NCBI GenBank assembly: GCA_965601925.1
Contig: OZ271854.1
Span: forward strand, 2,112,001 to 2,176,000
Length of the DNA: 64,000 nucleotides
Direction of reading: 5' to 3'
Origin: Alkalispirochaeta sp.
GTDB taxonomy: Bacteria; Spirochaetota; Spirochaetia; DSM-27196; Alkalispirochaetaceae
In this document: positions 29,589-42,020 of the stretch, in pieces
How positions within the stretch are numbered: position 1 is the stretch's first letter
Layout: each line of letters starts with the position of its first letter
Translations under genes and position numbers: made by a program
The notes under the pieces: generated by a model
Databases searched by the model: none
What the model was told of the DNA's origin: nothing
Seen by the model: only the letters and a program-made list of their open reading frames with translations

Positions 29589-30518
29589 ATGCATCAGTCC
29601 GCTTCTGCTCATCGCGCCGTACGGTATCGTTTCTCCGACGAATCGGAGCAAACGATGTTCCGTTGGGAATATCACCGTGTGACCAGCGGTTCGGTCTTCT
29701 ATCACTACCACCCTCAATACGAGTTGAGTTTGGTCGAATGCACGTCGGCGACGCGAGTGGTCGGCGACGGCGTTCATCGTTTCGCGGGAAGTGAGTTGAT
29801 TCTTATTCCGCCCAACACTCCCCATCGATGGAAGATGGGTTCGAAACATCACCCCGGTGGACTACCGAAGGACGTGCACGTGTCGACATTTCCGGCGGAG
29901 TTTCGGGTAGCCATCTTCTCGACACAATCGGTGGGGACGGATGTACTACAACGGCCGGAGCTCGTGGAGGTACGCGAGCTTCTCCATCGCGCTCGGCGCG
30001 GGCTCGCATTCAACAAGACGACGGAAGCCACGGTAGGACCGATCATGCGATCTATGGAGCGGCTGAATGGAACGAAGCGCCTCATCGCCTTTTTGTCCAT
30101 TCTACAAACACTGCACGCCGACGCGACTGCGGCCCCGCTTGTCTCGGAGCACTACGAGTCGTCCGGTGCAGAGGCGGAGTACCGGCGTATCGCCGATCTG
30201 ATTGACCATTTCACATCAAGCGATCGCTTGGGCGAGGATACGTCGCTACCTTCATTGCGGGAAGCCGCGCGGTTTGTCCATATGAGCGTTCCCACGTTCA
30301 CGCGCTTCTTTAAACGAATGACCGGCCACACATTCGTTACATACTTTAACAGTTTCCGGATCGCCAAAGCCGGTGCCTTGCTTACCGAGACCGACCTTCC
30401 GATCGTCGATATAAGCCATCGGGCGGGATTCGGAAATCTTTCGCACTTCAATCGACAGTTTCTTAAACACACCGGAATGCAGCCGCGAGAATACCGAAGA
30501 CGAAAGGGAGAGGAATAA
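29589..30518 (+). CDS. AraC family transcriptional regulator
   Basis: Cupin HYHPQYEL...IPPNTPHRW; C-terminal AraC HTH GFGNLSHFNRQF...PREYR. Confidence 0.93.
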   Translation: MHQSASAHRAVRYRFSDESEQTMFRWEYHRVTSGSVFYHYHPQYELSLVECTSATRVVGDGVHRFAGSELILIPPNTPHRWKMGSKHHPGGLPKDVHVSTFPAEFRVAIFSTQSVGTDVLQRPELVEVRELLHRARRGLAFNKTTEATVGPIMRSMERLNGTKRLIAFLSILQTLHADATAAPLVSEHYESSGAEAEYRRIADLIDHFTSSDRLGEDTSLPSLREAARFVHMSVPTFTRFFKRMTGHTFVTYFNSFRIAKAGALLTETDLPIVDISHRAGFGNLSHFNRQFLKHTGMQPREYRRRKGEE

Positions 30519-30752
30519 CGGGATCATAGAGTCGCCCATTCGATTCGTGCTACAGATAATCTTGAGTAGAACTCGGACAGTGGTACATTTGCGAGGTTTC
30601 GTTAAGGCGAAAACAGACGCTGTCCCCGAGGCTCGGCAGGGCGGAACGGATCGTCCGGTTTCGGAGTTTTCGTGCACATCCGTTTTGAGTGTTATCGTAC
30701 GCTTGCGCTCCGAAATAACTTTTCCTATCATCAAACCGGCAACGGACTCTGT

Positions 30753-32273
30753 ATGCGTCTGTACACTTTAGTGATCGTCGACGATGAAGAACTCTCTCGT
30801 ACGGGACTTGCTACTCTCATTGACTGGGAGGCGCTCGGTTTTCGTGTCGAGGCGACGTTCGAGGACGGCGAGGACGCACTGGCTTTTTTGGAGCATCGGC
30901 ACGTCGATGTCGTACTCACCGACATTCGTATGGCGGTCGCCGGCGGCATAGAAATCGCCAAAACGCTGAACGCCCAAGCGCCGGATACCTTCGTTATCTT
31001 CATCTCCGGCTACAAAGAGTTCGAGTATGCGAAAGCCGCGATCCGCTACGGTGTACGTCACTACTTGGTAAAGCCGTTTCCCTTGGACGAGTTGAACCAG
31101 GTCTTTGATCGTGTCCGCGAGGAGCTGGAAGCGAGGGAGCTCGATACCGGCACGCAGTTGAGAGAACACGAGAACGTCTTCCGATGGTCCGCGATCGATC
31201 GCTGGCTTCTCGACGCCGTTCTGGGCGGTGTTTTTCGCGACGACGATATCGGCCTGGGGTTGGGTAACTTGTCGTGTGCTCTCGTGAGTTTCACGCTGCG
31301 GGAGGGTGACGGCGCGCCGATCGGGTCGACTCTGCGCGAGTCGCTCCTGCCTTTTCTCCGCAACGGTCACGACCGGTTGTTCTCTACGCTGTTAGACTCC
31401 TCCGACGTGACGTTGGAGCTCATCGCCTTAAACGTGGACAATCTACCGGCCACCCGGTTTGCGACGGAGTTGGCGACCCATCGACAAAACGTGCGACGCC
31501 ATTTGGTCTCTCTCGGCATCCGTTGTGACGACCCGGAGGCGGTCGATCACTACTCCTCCCCTCAGGCGCTCCACGATTTCTACTACAAACGGATGAGAGC
31601 GCGCGTCGGCGCCAAGGAAGGTACGTTTGCACTCATAACCGAAGTTGAGCACTCCCTCACCGACGCCCTCCGACATGGTCGGATCGAGGACGTTCGTCAA
31701 ACTCTCGAACGGTTGATTGCCGAGCTGTCGGCTGAGACTGAGGGTCTCTTTCGCAACGGTGTCGTTCAAGCCTTCGCATTTGTTCACGCGTGGATTCAAC
31801 GCCACTCGCGATCGGCATCCGCGACCGCCGGCCGCTTCGTCTTCTACGAGCGGCTCTATCACGCGACCTCTCATCGCGAGCTGGAGGTACAGGCGAGGAA
31901 AATGCTCGAAACGCTCCTCGACATGCTCCAGGCGGTCGTAGCCGGGGAGTCCGACGGAGTAATTGAACGGGCCAAACGTTACATTGAGAAGATGGACGGC
32001 AACGCCGTCACCCTCGAATCGACCGCGAGTTACGTAGGGCTGAGTCCCATCTATCTCAGTCGACTCTTTCGGAAGAAGACTGCGGAGAGCTTCATAGCAT
32101 ATCTTCAGAGGTACCGAATGGAGAGGGCCAGAAATCTCCTTGAGAATCGGAAGCTGAAAGTTTACCAGATCTGTGAATTGGTCGGGTATCGGAATCTCAA
32201 GCACTTCTACCGTACATTCAAACGGTATAACGGGTGCACGCCGACGGAGTATCGTAAGACGGTAACGTGGTGA
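30753..32273 (+). CDS. YesN-like response regulator (REC + AraC)
   Basis: VIVDDEE, VLTDIRM, FISGYKEFEYAK, YLVKP; C-terminal VGYRNLKHFYRTFK. Confidence 0.93.
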   Translation: MRLYTLVIVDDEELSRTGLATLIDWEALGFRVEATFEDGEDALAFLEHRHVDVVLTDIRMAVAGGIEIAKTLNAQAPDTFVIFISGYKEFEYAKAAIRYGVRHYLVKPFPLDELNQVFDRVREELEARELDTGTQLREHENVFRWSAIDRWLLDAVLGGVFRDDDIGLGLGNLSCALVSFTLREGDGAPIGSTLRESLLPFLRNGHDRLFSTLLDSSDVTLELIALNVDNLPATRFATELATHRQNVRRHLVSLGIRCDDPEAVDHYSSPQALHDFYYKRMRARVGAKEGTFALITEVEHSLTDALRHGRIEDVRQTLERLIAELSAETEGLFRNGVVQAFAFVHAWIQRHSRSASATAGRFVFYERLYHATSHRELEVQARKMLETLLDMLQAVVAGESDGVIERAKRYIEKMDGNAVTLESTASYVGLSPIYLSRLFRKKTAESFIAYLQRYRMERARNLLENRKLKVYQICELVGYRNLKHFYRTFKRYNGCTPTEYRKTVTW

Positions 32274-34072
32274 ACTACTTCCATCGAACCTGGTTTTACA
32301 TTCGGCAGTTCAAGTTTCGCAGTCTCTTTGTAAACACGTTAATTTTGGTCTTGATCGTCGGAATGGTACCCTTTCTCTTCACGGCGATCGTCCTGTACCG
32401 CAACTTTGAGGTTGCGCTCTTCGAGGAGATCGGAGCGGCGTCCGAGGCTCACGTGGTATCGGGCCGCACGATTTATGACATCCTTCTTTCAGATGTCGAT
32501 CGCGTTGCGTACGCCTTGGTCGTCAACGATGCCGTTCGGCGGTTCATGCTCGACGACCCCGGCATCATTGACTGGGAGCGGCGACTCCTTCTGGAAGAGG
32601 TGATAGCGGATCTCGTCACCGTTCAAGAGCCCTACGTGGACTCGATCTACGCGTACTCCCTCGAGCACGGCTACATCATAGCGTCCGACGCCGCGCGCGG
32701 GCCGATCGACGATTTCTACGACGACGTCATTACCGACTCTCTCGTTGCGGAACTCAGGGATCAACCGCGCCTGATCGTCGTCAGGGAGAAGCCGGTCTCG
32801 GCCGATAGCCGACGTACCGTGGCGGTGACCTCTTTTGTCTACTCCACCGCCCTTGCGCAGGGGAACTACTTCGGCGTGATCGTGGTCAACATCGACAACG
32901 ATCGATTTCTTCGGATGGGACTCGATCTCGACCACGGCGGTAATCGACAGATCTATGTAACGCAACCGGACTCGACGGTACTGTTCAGTAGCGATATCTC
33001 CGCACTCGGCGGACCCATGGTGTCGGCGGACGCCACCTCGTGGCGAGCGCCGCCCGGTGAAGGCGCCGCAACGTGGACCATCGTCGAGGATCGCGTCTAC
33101 TCTTCCGCCCGATCGGCGCACAATGATTGGACCTATACCATCGTTTCGCCCCTCGACGCCTATCGGACCGCGACGAATCAGATACTCTCCGCCTCCACGA
33201 TCATCGCTGCGGTCGATCTCGTTATCATTCTGCTATTAGCGTTCCTCATTTCGGTTCGAATCTATAATCCGATTAGCGAACTCATTCGCATTATGGAAAA
33301 CGACGATGAGAGTCACGGTCTTTGGTTGGAGAAGGGTGCGCACGCAAACGAGATACACTACTTGGCACGAGGCATTTCGGAGTCTCTGCACGAGAAGCGG
33401 GAGATTCAGCAAGAGTTACTGGATCGAATGGCAACGTTGAAACGGGCCCAAGTCGAGGCGTTGCAAGCCCAAATAGAGCCGCATTTCCTACGAAACACCC
33501 TTAACACCATCCATTGGGCGGCGATCGGAATGTCCGGCGGCGACAACGAGGTCTCCCACATGGTCACCATTCTCAATGAAATGCTGGGACTCTCCATCGA
33601 TAGAAGCGACAACCTCATTCCCGCTACCAGCGAGCTCGATCACGCCGCACGCTATTTGGACCTGCAACGCTACCGCTACGGGAAGATGCTTTCGGTTTCT
33701 TGGGATATTCCAAGGACGTTCCGACGGTTTCGTTGTCTCAAGCTCTCTCTCCAGCCTCTTCTGGAAAATGCGATCTATCACGGAGTGAAGCCGTCGCGCC
33801 GACCGGCGACCATAACTATTACGGGCACGGTATCGGCAAGTCGGATATCGATCGCCGTCAGCGACGACGGTGTCGGCATGTCGGAAGCCAAAGTGGCCGA
33901 GGTACGGAGCCGGCTCCGTGACGGAACGACGCAGCGCGGTACCCAGGTCGGACTGAGCAACGTCCATCATCGTTTGCGGCTCCTCTTCGGTAGTTCCGGC
34001 GGAGTCGACGTAGAAAGTGTCCCCGACAAAGGCACGGTGGTGACGTTGGCGCTGCCGAAGATAAGAATGTAG
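32270..34072 (+). CDS. YesM-like sensor histidine kinase
   Basis: Two TM segments around a sensor domain; ALQAQIEPHFLRNTL, LQPLLENAIYHG, DDGVGM, GLSNVHHRL. Confidence 0.93.
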   Translation: MNYFHRTWFYIRQFKFRSLFVNTLILVLIVGMVPFLFTAIVLYRNFEVALFEEIGAASEAHVVSGRTIYDILLSDVDRVAYALVVNDAVRRFMLDDPGIIDWERRLLLEEVIADLVTVQEPYVDSIYAYSLEHGYIIASDAARGPIDDFYDDVITDSLVAELRDQPRLIVVREKPVSADSRRTVAVTSFVYSTALAQGNYFGVIVVNIDNDRFLRMGLDLDHGGNRQIYVTQPDSTVLFSSDISALGGPMVSADATSWRAPPGEGAATWTIVEDRVYSSARSAHNDWTYTIVSPLDAYRTATNQILSASTIIAAVDLVIILLLAFLISVRIYNPISELIRIMENDDESHGLWLEKGAHANEIHYLARGISESLHEKREIQQELLDRMATLKRAQVEALQAQIEPHFLRNTLNTIHWAAIGMSGGDNEVSHMVTILNEMLGLSIDRSDNLIPATSELDHAARYLDLQRYRYGKMLSVSWDIPRTFRRFRCLKLSLQPLLENAIYHGVKPSRRPATITITGTVSASRISIAVSDDGVGMSEAKVAEVRSRLRDGTTQRGTQVGLSNVHHRLRLLFGSSGGVDVESVPDKGTVVTLALPKIRM

Positions 34073-34177
34073 CCCTACCGCAAATCTGCCCCCCTAAACT
34101 CGTATAATCCGCACCGTTTCGCGAATGGCAAAGTGGATCTACGCTTTCAGACAGCACTTGGAAGGAGGGCGTTCTCT

Positions 34178-35091
34178 TTGACGACCGCACGCCGACTATC
34201 TACACGCCTCCGTCGGTACAAATGGGTCTACCTGATCATGACCCCGGCAATTGCCTACCTCATTATCTATCGCTACGTTCCGATATACGGTATCGTTCTC
34301 GCCTTCAAGGACTATAAGGCGCCCCTGGGAATTCTGGGCAGTCCGTGGGTCGGTTTGGACCACTTTGCCCGGATGTTCAGTAACCCGAAGTTTGCCGAGG
34401 TACTGCGCAACACCTTCGTCATCAGCGCGGCAAAGATTCTCTTCGCCTTTCCGGCACCCATCATCTTTGCCCTGCTTCTCAACGAGGTGCGGATTCTTAA
34501 AGTGAAGCGCTCTCTCCAGACCTTGAGCTACCTGCCTCACTTTGTCTCGTGGGTCGTCGTAGGGGTGCTCGTACGCCGACTCCTGTCCATTAACGGCCCG
34601 GTCAATTTTCTCCGTATGGTCGCCGGCCAAGAGGCCGTCGTCTATCTGACCGATCCCTCCTTCTTCGTCCCTCTCGTCGTATTAACTGCGATCTGGCACA
34701 ACGTCGGATGGGGGTCGATTATCTATCTCGCCGCCATCTCCGGAATAGACCAGCAGCTCTACGAAGCTGCCCAGATCGACGGGTGTAGCAGGTTTCGGAA
34801 AATTCTCCACATAACACTTCCATCGCTGCTTCCGGTTATCGTGACCGTCTTTCTTTTGCGGCTCGGTTACATCATGAACGCCGGATTCGACCAAATCTTC
34901 AACCTCTACAACAGCTCCGTCTACAGTGTGGCCGACATACTCGACACGTACGCCTATCGGGTCGGCTTTATCCGCTTGGATTTTCCCTATTCCACCGCAA
35001 TCAACGTCTTCAAAAACGTGCTCGGGCTGGTTTTCCTGATAATCGTAAACAGGATCATCAGGTCCGGTGCAACCGAGGAGCGACAAGGCAT

Positions 35092-35098
<7 letters not shown>
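34178..35098 (+). CDS. Carbohydrate ABC transporter permease (LplB/YteP-like)
   Basis: SPWVGLDHF, FALLLNEV, YLPHFVSWVVV, LYEAAQIDG; TTG start after GGAGG. Confidence 0.93.
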
Positions 35099-35995
<897 letters not shown>

Positions 35996-36089
35996 CCATG
36001 AGATGTAAACGGTCCTGCGGATTGAACCCGAACGTGCGGGCGCACGGCGGTGTTCATGGGGAGGAAGTAGCTCAGAAAAGGAGGCTGGT

Positions 36090-37646
36090 ATGAGGCGTGT
36101 AACAATGGTTTTGCGGCTTGGGCTCTTTGCCGCTATGGTCGCTACGTTCTTGTGGTCGTGCGGTGAAGCCGAACCGGAAGCGACGACGGAGGGACCTCTC
36201 CGCGTTACGTGGCTGGGACACAACCCGCGCGGATTTGTCAACGAACAGGATACCGAGGTGGAGCGCTATTTGGAGGAACGGTTCGATCTGGAGATCGATC
36301 TGATCCAGGTAGATAAGTACAACTTCGACGCGGTCAACGTGCATCTCGCAGTCCACGAGCCGCCGGATATCATGGACGGTCTGACCCACGAGGCGGACGG
36401 TCTGCTCAACTTGGTCAATCTCGGCGTCGTTCGGCCGATCACCCGTGAAATGATTCGAGAGCACGCTCCGGGTATCTACGCTCAAATCGAGCGGTACAGC
36501 CCGGTGAAGGCGTGGGCCGACGTCACGGTGGAGGGAGAGATCTACGCCGTGCCCACCATCAATCTCGCCGTCGCCGGGGGTACCGCCTTTGCGATCCGTT
36601 CCGACTGGGTCGAGGCGGCGGGTGTTACCGACCCGTTGGAGATCGATACGATCGACGAGTTTGAAGCGATGCTCATCGCTATGCGCGACGCCGACCCCAA
36701 CGGCAACGGTAGGATGGATGAGTACCCGATCTCCATCTTCACGCAAAACCATAAGCTCAATCAAACCTTTATGAGCGTCTTCGGCGCGTACGGACTACGG
36801 CCGTCGGACTGGACCGAGGAGGATGGACGACTCGTGTACAACCACGTCCACGACCACTACCGGGAGATGCTCGAACGGCTCCGTAGCTGGTACGAGCGGG
36901 GCCTGATTGAGCGCGAGTTTGTACTCGACGGCCGTGCCGAGGTGCAGACAAAGATGCTCTCCGACCTCGTCGGCGGCTACGAGGAGACATCCGCATGGAT
37001 ACAACGCGGCGCCCAGGGTCCCTTTTCGATCCTCGCCGAACAGGGGGTAGAGCCCGCGTTCTTTCCCTCGTTGCGGGGGCCCTACGGAGAGGGCGGATAC
37101 GGTCGAAACGCCTCGTTTGGGCGCAAGCTCACCTTCGGGATAAACACCAGTGACGAGGCGGTTGCTCGGTTGCTGTCCGTCATGGACGAGATTCTCACCG
37201 ATCCGGAACTCTACGCGCGTGTGCTGTGGGGTGTCGAAGGGGTCGATTACACCGTCGACGACGATGGGGTCATTCAACCGATAGCGGAGCGCCAAACGGC
37301 CGAGGCGCGAGCACAGGACGCGCGCCAGGCGTTTCTTATGATCAACTGGATTGCCGATCAAAACATCCCCGTTCGGTTCAACGTCGATCGGCTGGAGGCG
37401 CACCGACACCTCGAAGAGAACACCGTGCAGATGTACGAGACCTTGATCAATCCACCGAATCCCGAGATTGCCGACCGGTTCTTTCAGGTAGCGGAAGATC
37501 TTCGCCCCATGGAAGAGGAGTTTTTCTACAAGAGCATTATCGGCACGGTAGACATCGGCGCGGAGTGGGACGACTACGTCGCCTCTTGGTACGCCTCGGG
37601 CGGCGAACAGTTGACCGAGTGGGCCAACGAGGCTCACTTCCGGTAG
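36090..37646 (+). CDS. Oligosaccharide ABC transporter substrate-binding lipoprotein
   Basis: Lipobox FLWSC; IRSDW, DADPNGNGRMDE, WYERGLI, WYASGG. Confidence 0.9.
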   Translation: MRRVTMVLRLGLFAAMVATFLWSCGEAEPEATTEGPLRVTWLGHNPRGFVNEQDTEVERYLEERFDLEIDLIQVDKYNFDAVNVHLAVHEPPDIMDGLTHEADGLLNLVNLGVVRPITREMIREHAPGIYAQIERYSPVKAWADVTVEGEIYAVPTINLAVAGGTAFAIRSDWVEAAGVTDPLEIDTIDEFEAMLIAMRDADPNGNGRMDEYPISIFTQNHKLNQTFMSVFGAYGLRPSDWTEEDGRLVYNHVHDHYREMLERLRSWYERGLIEREFVLDGRAEVQTKMLSDLVGGYEETSAWIQRGAQGPFSILAEQGVEPAFFPSLRGPYGEGGYGRNASFGRKLTFGINTSDEAVARLLSVMDEILTDPELYARVLWGVEGVDYTVDDDGVIQPIAERQTAEARAQDARQAFLMINWIADQNIPVRFNVDRLEAHRHLEENTVQMYETLINPPNPEIADRFFQVAEDLRPMEEEFFYKSIIGTVDIGAEWDDYVASWYASGGEQLTEWANEAHFR

Positions 37647-37741
37647 AGGAAATTTGTGGGCTGTGGGGCGGGGCCGCTGAGCCGCTTCTTCTCGAGGCGG
37701 CGCACTCGCGGCTCCCGCCGGCGAGTCGATAGAGAGATGGA

Positions 37742-38665
37742 GTGAGACGGTTGCTCGTAGATGGATTTGTGGCGGCGCCCTTTGCGCCGATGAATCGTGA
37801 CGGTTCCATTCATACGGCCCTTATTGAGCGGTATGCTGCGCATCTGGCCGCGAACGGTGTCGTCGGGGTCTTTGTCAACGGTACCACCGGGGAGGGATAC
37901 TCGCTCTCTCTCAAGGAGCGAAAGGCGATCGCCGAGGCGTGGATGGCGGCCGGTTCGCCGCCGTTTCGCGTGATGGTTCACGTCGGCGCCGAGTCGGGAT
38001 CGGATGCAAGAGAGCTTGCCGCGCACGCCCGATCGATCGGAGCGGCGGCGGTGGGCGCGATGGGACCGGTCTTCTTCAAGTCGGATGTGGACGGGTTGGT
38101 CGGTTGGTGCCGGGAGGTGGCGGCGGCCGCGCCGGACCTGCCGTTTTACTATTATCACATCCCCGCGATGAACGGCACGACCGGTCCCTTCATCGACCTG
38201 TTGCATCGCTGCATCGCCGAGATTCCGACCTTTCGCGGCGTCAAGTACACCCACGACGACCTCGTCGAGTATCGTCACTGTCTGGAGCTTTCCGGAGGGC
38301 GGCTCGACCTCTTTTTCGGTCGTGATGAAATTCTGCTTCCGGCGCTGTCGCTCGGAGCCAGGAGTATGGTCGGGAGCACCTACAACTACGCGATGGCCCT
38401 CCACGGTGAGTTGGCGGCGCGGTTCGCCTCCGGCGACCTCACCGGCGCCCAAGATGCGCAGGCAAAAGTCATGCGTCTGGTCCGGCTCCTCGATCGTCAC
38501 GGCGGCGGACTGGTCTGCGGCAAAGCTCTTATGCGCGGCGTCGGGCTCGATCTCGGACCTTGTCGACTCCCGAATAGGACGCTCTCGGAGGAGGAGACGG
38601 CCGACGTTGTGGCCGCGGCGACTCAGATTGGGGTTTTTGCTCATAAGTCCGGGGCGGACGCATGA
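37742..38665 (+). CDS. DHDPS/N-acetylneuraminate lyase family aldolase
   Basis: NGTTGEG, FYYYHIP, Schiff-base GVKYT, GRDE, VGSTYN. Confidence 0.9.
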   Translation: MRRLLVDGFVAAPFAPMNRDGSIHTALIERYAAHLAANGVVGVFVNGTTGEGYSLSLKERKAIAEAWMAAGSPPFRVMVHVGAESGSDARELAAHARSIGAAAVGAMGPVFFKSDVDGLVGWCREVAAAAPDLPFYYYHIPAMNGTTGPFIDLLHRCIAEIPTFRGVKYTHDDLVEYRHCLELSGGRLDLFFGRDEILLPALSLGARSMVGSTYNYAMALHGELAARFASGDLTGAQDAQAKVMRLVRLLDRHGGGLVCGKALMRGVGLDLGPCRLPNRTLSEEETADVVAAATQIGVFAHKSGADA

Positions 38666-40080
38666 GGAGCGATCGGCCGAACGTTCTTTGGATCTGCACC
38701 GACCAGCAGCGATACGACACGATTCACGCCCTGGGAAACCGGTCGATTCGCACGCCGAACCTCGACCGCCTCTGTCGCGAGGGGACCGCCTTCTCTCACG
38801 TTTACTGTCAAAGCCCTATTTGTACGCCGAGCCGTGGGAGCTTCATGACGGGGCTCTACCCCTCGGCTATTCATTCGGTCATCAACGGCAACCGCCGGCT
38901 CAACCTGCCCGAGGGCGCGACGCTCATCTCTCGACATTTCGCCGACCACCGTTACACCTGTGGACTTGTCGGCAAGCTCCATCTCGCTTCACCCTGGGAA
39001 GGACACGAGCAACGGATCGACGACGGGTACCAAGAGTTTTTCCATAGCCTCTCACCGGGACAGCTCATGGACTCGGACAACGCCTACACCGATTGGCTGG
39101 CGGAGAGGGGTATGCTGGATGCGGTCCTCGATCAGTCGGAGCGGGACGACGTCCGGAGGACGGGAGTGCACTACCGCGAAAACGTCCCATTCGAGTGGCA
39201 CCAGACCAGCTGGTGTGCCACGACGGCGATCGACTTCATCGAGCGTCGTTCCGGGACACCTCGGTTTATCAGCGTTAACCCGTTCGACCCCCATCCACCA
39301 GCGGACGCGCCGGCCGATTTTCGCTCCCACTACGAAACCTCGGAGCTTCCCCCGCCCCTCTTTGCGGAGTCCGATCTGGAGGTACAACGGCGACTGGCGG
39401 GCTATTACTTTCAGACGGAGCCGCGTCGGCCCGACGATCGCCATCTATGGGAGAAAGCCTCGTACTACGGAGAAATAGAGCTTATCGATCGAAACGTCGG
39501 GAGACTGTTGGACGCTTTGGAAGAGTGCGGAGAGCGGGAAAATACGATTGTCATTTTTATGTCGGACCATGGGGAGACGCTCGGAGATCACGGATTGACC
39601 CTGAAGGGGTGTCGATTTTACGAAGGGCTGGTGCGGGTACCGCTCATCGTTTCTTGGCCGGGGGTGTTCCAAAAGGGGGTCGTTGCCGAGGGTCTCGTCG
39701 AGCTCACCGATATCGCGCCGACCCTTGCCGAGGTCATCGGAGCGCCCATGGAGTGGACCCAAGGCCGATCCCTACTGCCCATACTCCTCGGTCGTGCGTC
39801 GCCGGACCGCCATCGCGACTTCGTCCGGTGCGAGTATCAAGACGCCTTAAACGACTCGGGATCGTATGCCACGATGTATCGTGAGGCGCGCTACAAACTC
39901 TCCGTTTATCACGGAATCGACTACGGCGAGTTGTACGATTTGGAACGGGACCCCGATGAGTTCGACAATCTGTGGGAGAATCCCGCCTATCGCGATATCA
40001 AACACCGCCTTACCAAGGCGAGCTTCGACGCCAGCATGGTGATCGCCGATTCGGGATCCAAACGTATCGGTCGGTTCTAA
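38662..40080 (+). CDS. Formylglycine-dependent sulfatase (Cys type)
   Basis: PNVLWICTDQQR, TPNLD, CTPSRGSFMTG, GKLH, DPHPP, SDHG, ELYDLERDP; no signal peptide. Confidence 0.95.
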   Translation: MRSDRPNVLWICTDQQRYDTIHALGNRSIRTPNLDRLCREGTAFSHVYCQSPICTPSRGSFMTGLYPSAIHSVINGNRRLNLPEGATLISRHFADHRYTCGLVGKLHLASPWEGHEQRIDDGYQEFFHSLSPGQLMDSDNAYTDWLAERGMLDAVLDQSERDDVRRTGVHYRENVPFEWHQTSWCATTAIDFIERRSGTPRFISVNPFDPHPPADAPADFRSHYETSELPPPLFAESDLEVQRRLAGYYFQTEPRRPDDRHLWEKASYYGEIELIDRNVGRLLDALEECGERENTIVIFMSDHGETLGDHGLTLKGCRFYEGLVRVPLIVSWPGVFQKGVVAEGLVELTDIAPTLAEVIGAPMEWTQGRSLLPILLGRASPDRHRDFVRCEYQDALNDSGSYATMYREARYKLSVYHGIDYGELYDLERDPDEFDNLWENPAYRDIKHRLTKASFDASMVIADSGSKRIGRF

Positions 40081-40152
40081 GGGATGCCCGGTAGCACGGC
40101 GCTAAACGTAAGCCGTGCCTTCCCATCCGCAAAAGGAGCTTCGAGAAGCGTG

Positions 40153-40911
40153 TTACCAGCGGATTCCACCGTTGCTGTACAAGACCTGTCCGTTTATCCA
40201 CTCACCCGATTTGGAACAGAGAAATGCAGCCAAGTTTGCCGCATCCCGGGGCGTTGCCACCCGTTTCTGAAACGTTTTCTCCGCTACCTCCCGTTTGAGC
40301 TCCTCATCCATCCATCCCGTGTCGGTTGCTCCCGGATTGATCACATTGGCCACGATTTTTTTGTCCCGTAGCTCATCCGCCGCCGCAATGACGATCCGGT
40401 CCAGAGCTCCTTTGGAGGCGCCGTAGGGTAGATTGAAGGACGTATGGTCGCTGGTTAATGCGATAATTCTGCCGGGGCGATCCCGATAGCGGAACCGTAG
40501 GGCAAATTCCCGTATTAACAACCATGAGGCTCTGACGTTGACGGAAAAATGCCGATCGAAGTTCTCTAAGGTGGTGGTGATGATGTCGCTGTCAACGGAG
40601 TAACAGTGGGAGAGGATTAATGCGGAGACGCGGGATACGTTCCTCTCCACCGAGTCGAACAGTTGCGCCGGCGCTTGAGGATCGGATAAATCAGCCTCTA
40701 CCGCGAAGAATCTACCGCCGTTCTTCTGAATCCTTTCCGCAAGATCATGTACATCTTCCTCCCGGCCGCCCCACGGCATAGATCTGTCGTAATCGGTCCA
40801 GTAGGTAACGGCGATGTCCCATCCGTTTTCCGCTAGCTCCGCGGCGATAGCGGCGCCGATTCCGATGCTTCGGCTTGCTCCCGTGACCAGCGCGACCGGC
40901 TTTGGAGTCAT
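40153..40911 (-). CDS. SDR family oxidoreductase
   Basis: ALVTGASRSIGIG, YGASK, INPGATDTGW, WINGQV. Confidence 0.93.
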   Translation of the reverse strand: MTPKPVALVTGASRSIGIGAAIAAELAENGWDIAVTYWTDYDRSMPWGGREEDVHDLAERIQKNGGRFFAVEADLSDPQAPAQLFDSVERNVSRVSALILSHCYSVDSDIITTTLENFDRHFSVNVRASWLLIREFALRFRYRDRPGRIIALTSDHTSFNLPYGASKGALDRIVIAAADELRDKKIVANVINPGATDTGWMDEELKREVAEKTFQKRVATPRDAANLAAFLCSKSGEWINGQVLYSNGGIRW

Positions 40912-41149
40912 AAACGCCTCGATTTGATGAAGTATGTACGCTCGCAATCGATAAAAGAAGACCACGGCGGTGACACAAAAACTACCATTTCATCTTCGCA
41001 CTCCGCAAGAACTGTCTGTGGTGCGGCGGTGGCGCCACCCTTTCACGGCAACGCCGGTTTGTACTGATTGGTACTCTGGTTTACAGTTAACACCGTCGTC
41101 CCCGAGACGCGTCGGGGCCGGCCGAACGCACGTGAGGAGAGACGCGCCT

Positions 41150-41803
41150 ATGAATGCCACGGTTGTATTGGTCGCAATAACGATCGGTTTGTCGCTCTCT
41201 GCCGTCGCCGCTGTGCGGCACGCGCGACGGAATCCACGTATCGACACGATCGACGAAATGCGGCGGCTTGCGGCTGCTGAAGGCTGGTCGTTTATCGAGC
41301 CGGCAGGCGGTGACCGCGTCTTTGTCGTCGCGCACGACGATTGGGAGTTGGTAGGATTGTTTTTCCGCGGCGGTAACCGCGCCGTGGTTGCGAGCAACCA
41401 CCACACCCAGTGGAGCGCGCCGTATAGCGGCCCGGACGCGGTCATGCTCGGACCCAAGTTGCCGCGCGCCGTGGCGCGCCTGGATTTGGGCGACAGTCGA
41501 GTACAATCTGTCCTCAGGCCGCTTCTGGGCGATCGAGTCGCACTACTCGCCGGCGCACAACGTATGACCGAGGTTGGTGACGATCAGTTCAACCGCTATT
41601 TCGACGTGATTGCCACCGACCGAACGGCGGCCGAGCGGATTGTCGGTGACGGAGCGCGTTGGACCCGGTTGCGCGAACAACTGCCCGCCCCTCCGGTAGC
41701 CTTCATCGGCAACGGCGAGGTCACAATCTTGATGCGTCGCAAGCTTCTTACCCGGCAGCAGGCGCGGGCAATCGTCGAAGTCGGATCGGCGTTACTACGG
41801 TAG
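41150..41803 (+). CDS. Hypothetical protein with an N-terminal membrane anchor
   Basis: RBS GAGGAG; hydrophobic N-terminus; RRLAAAEGWSF and GDDQFNRYFDV segments. Confidence 0.7.
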   Translation: MNATVVLVAITIGLSLSAVAAVRHARRNPRIDTIDEMRRLAAAEGWSFIEPAGGDRVFVVAHDDWELVGLFFRGGNRAVVASNHHTQWSAPYSGPDAVMLGPKLPRAVARLDLGDSRVQSVLRPLLGDRVALLAGAQRMTEVGDDQFNRYFDVIATDRTAAERIVGDGARWTRLREQLPAPPVAFIGNGEVTILMRRKLLTRQQARAIVEVGSALLR

Positions 41804-42020
41804 AGCGGCGCGGAGGAAAAGAAGGCTGAGTTTCTCAGGAGTAGAGAACCCTTCGTCGTTTTAAACCTCGATGCGTTAATGTTGTACGTCATAGTGCGCG
41901 CGCACATCCGCGCGGCGAGTCATCCGGTTGGGATGTCGAGATCACTCGGATGACCTTCGCCTCGCTGAAATGATCAAAGAAATACTTGACTGATCGGTTC
42001 CGAATTTCTATCTTCAATCC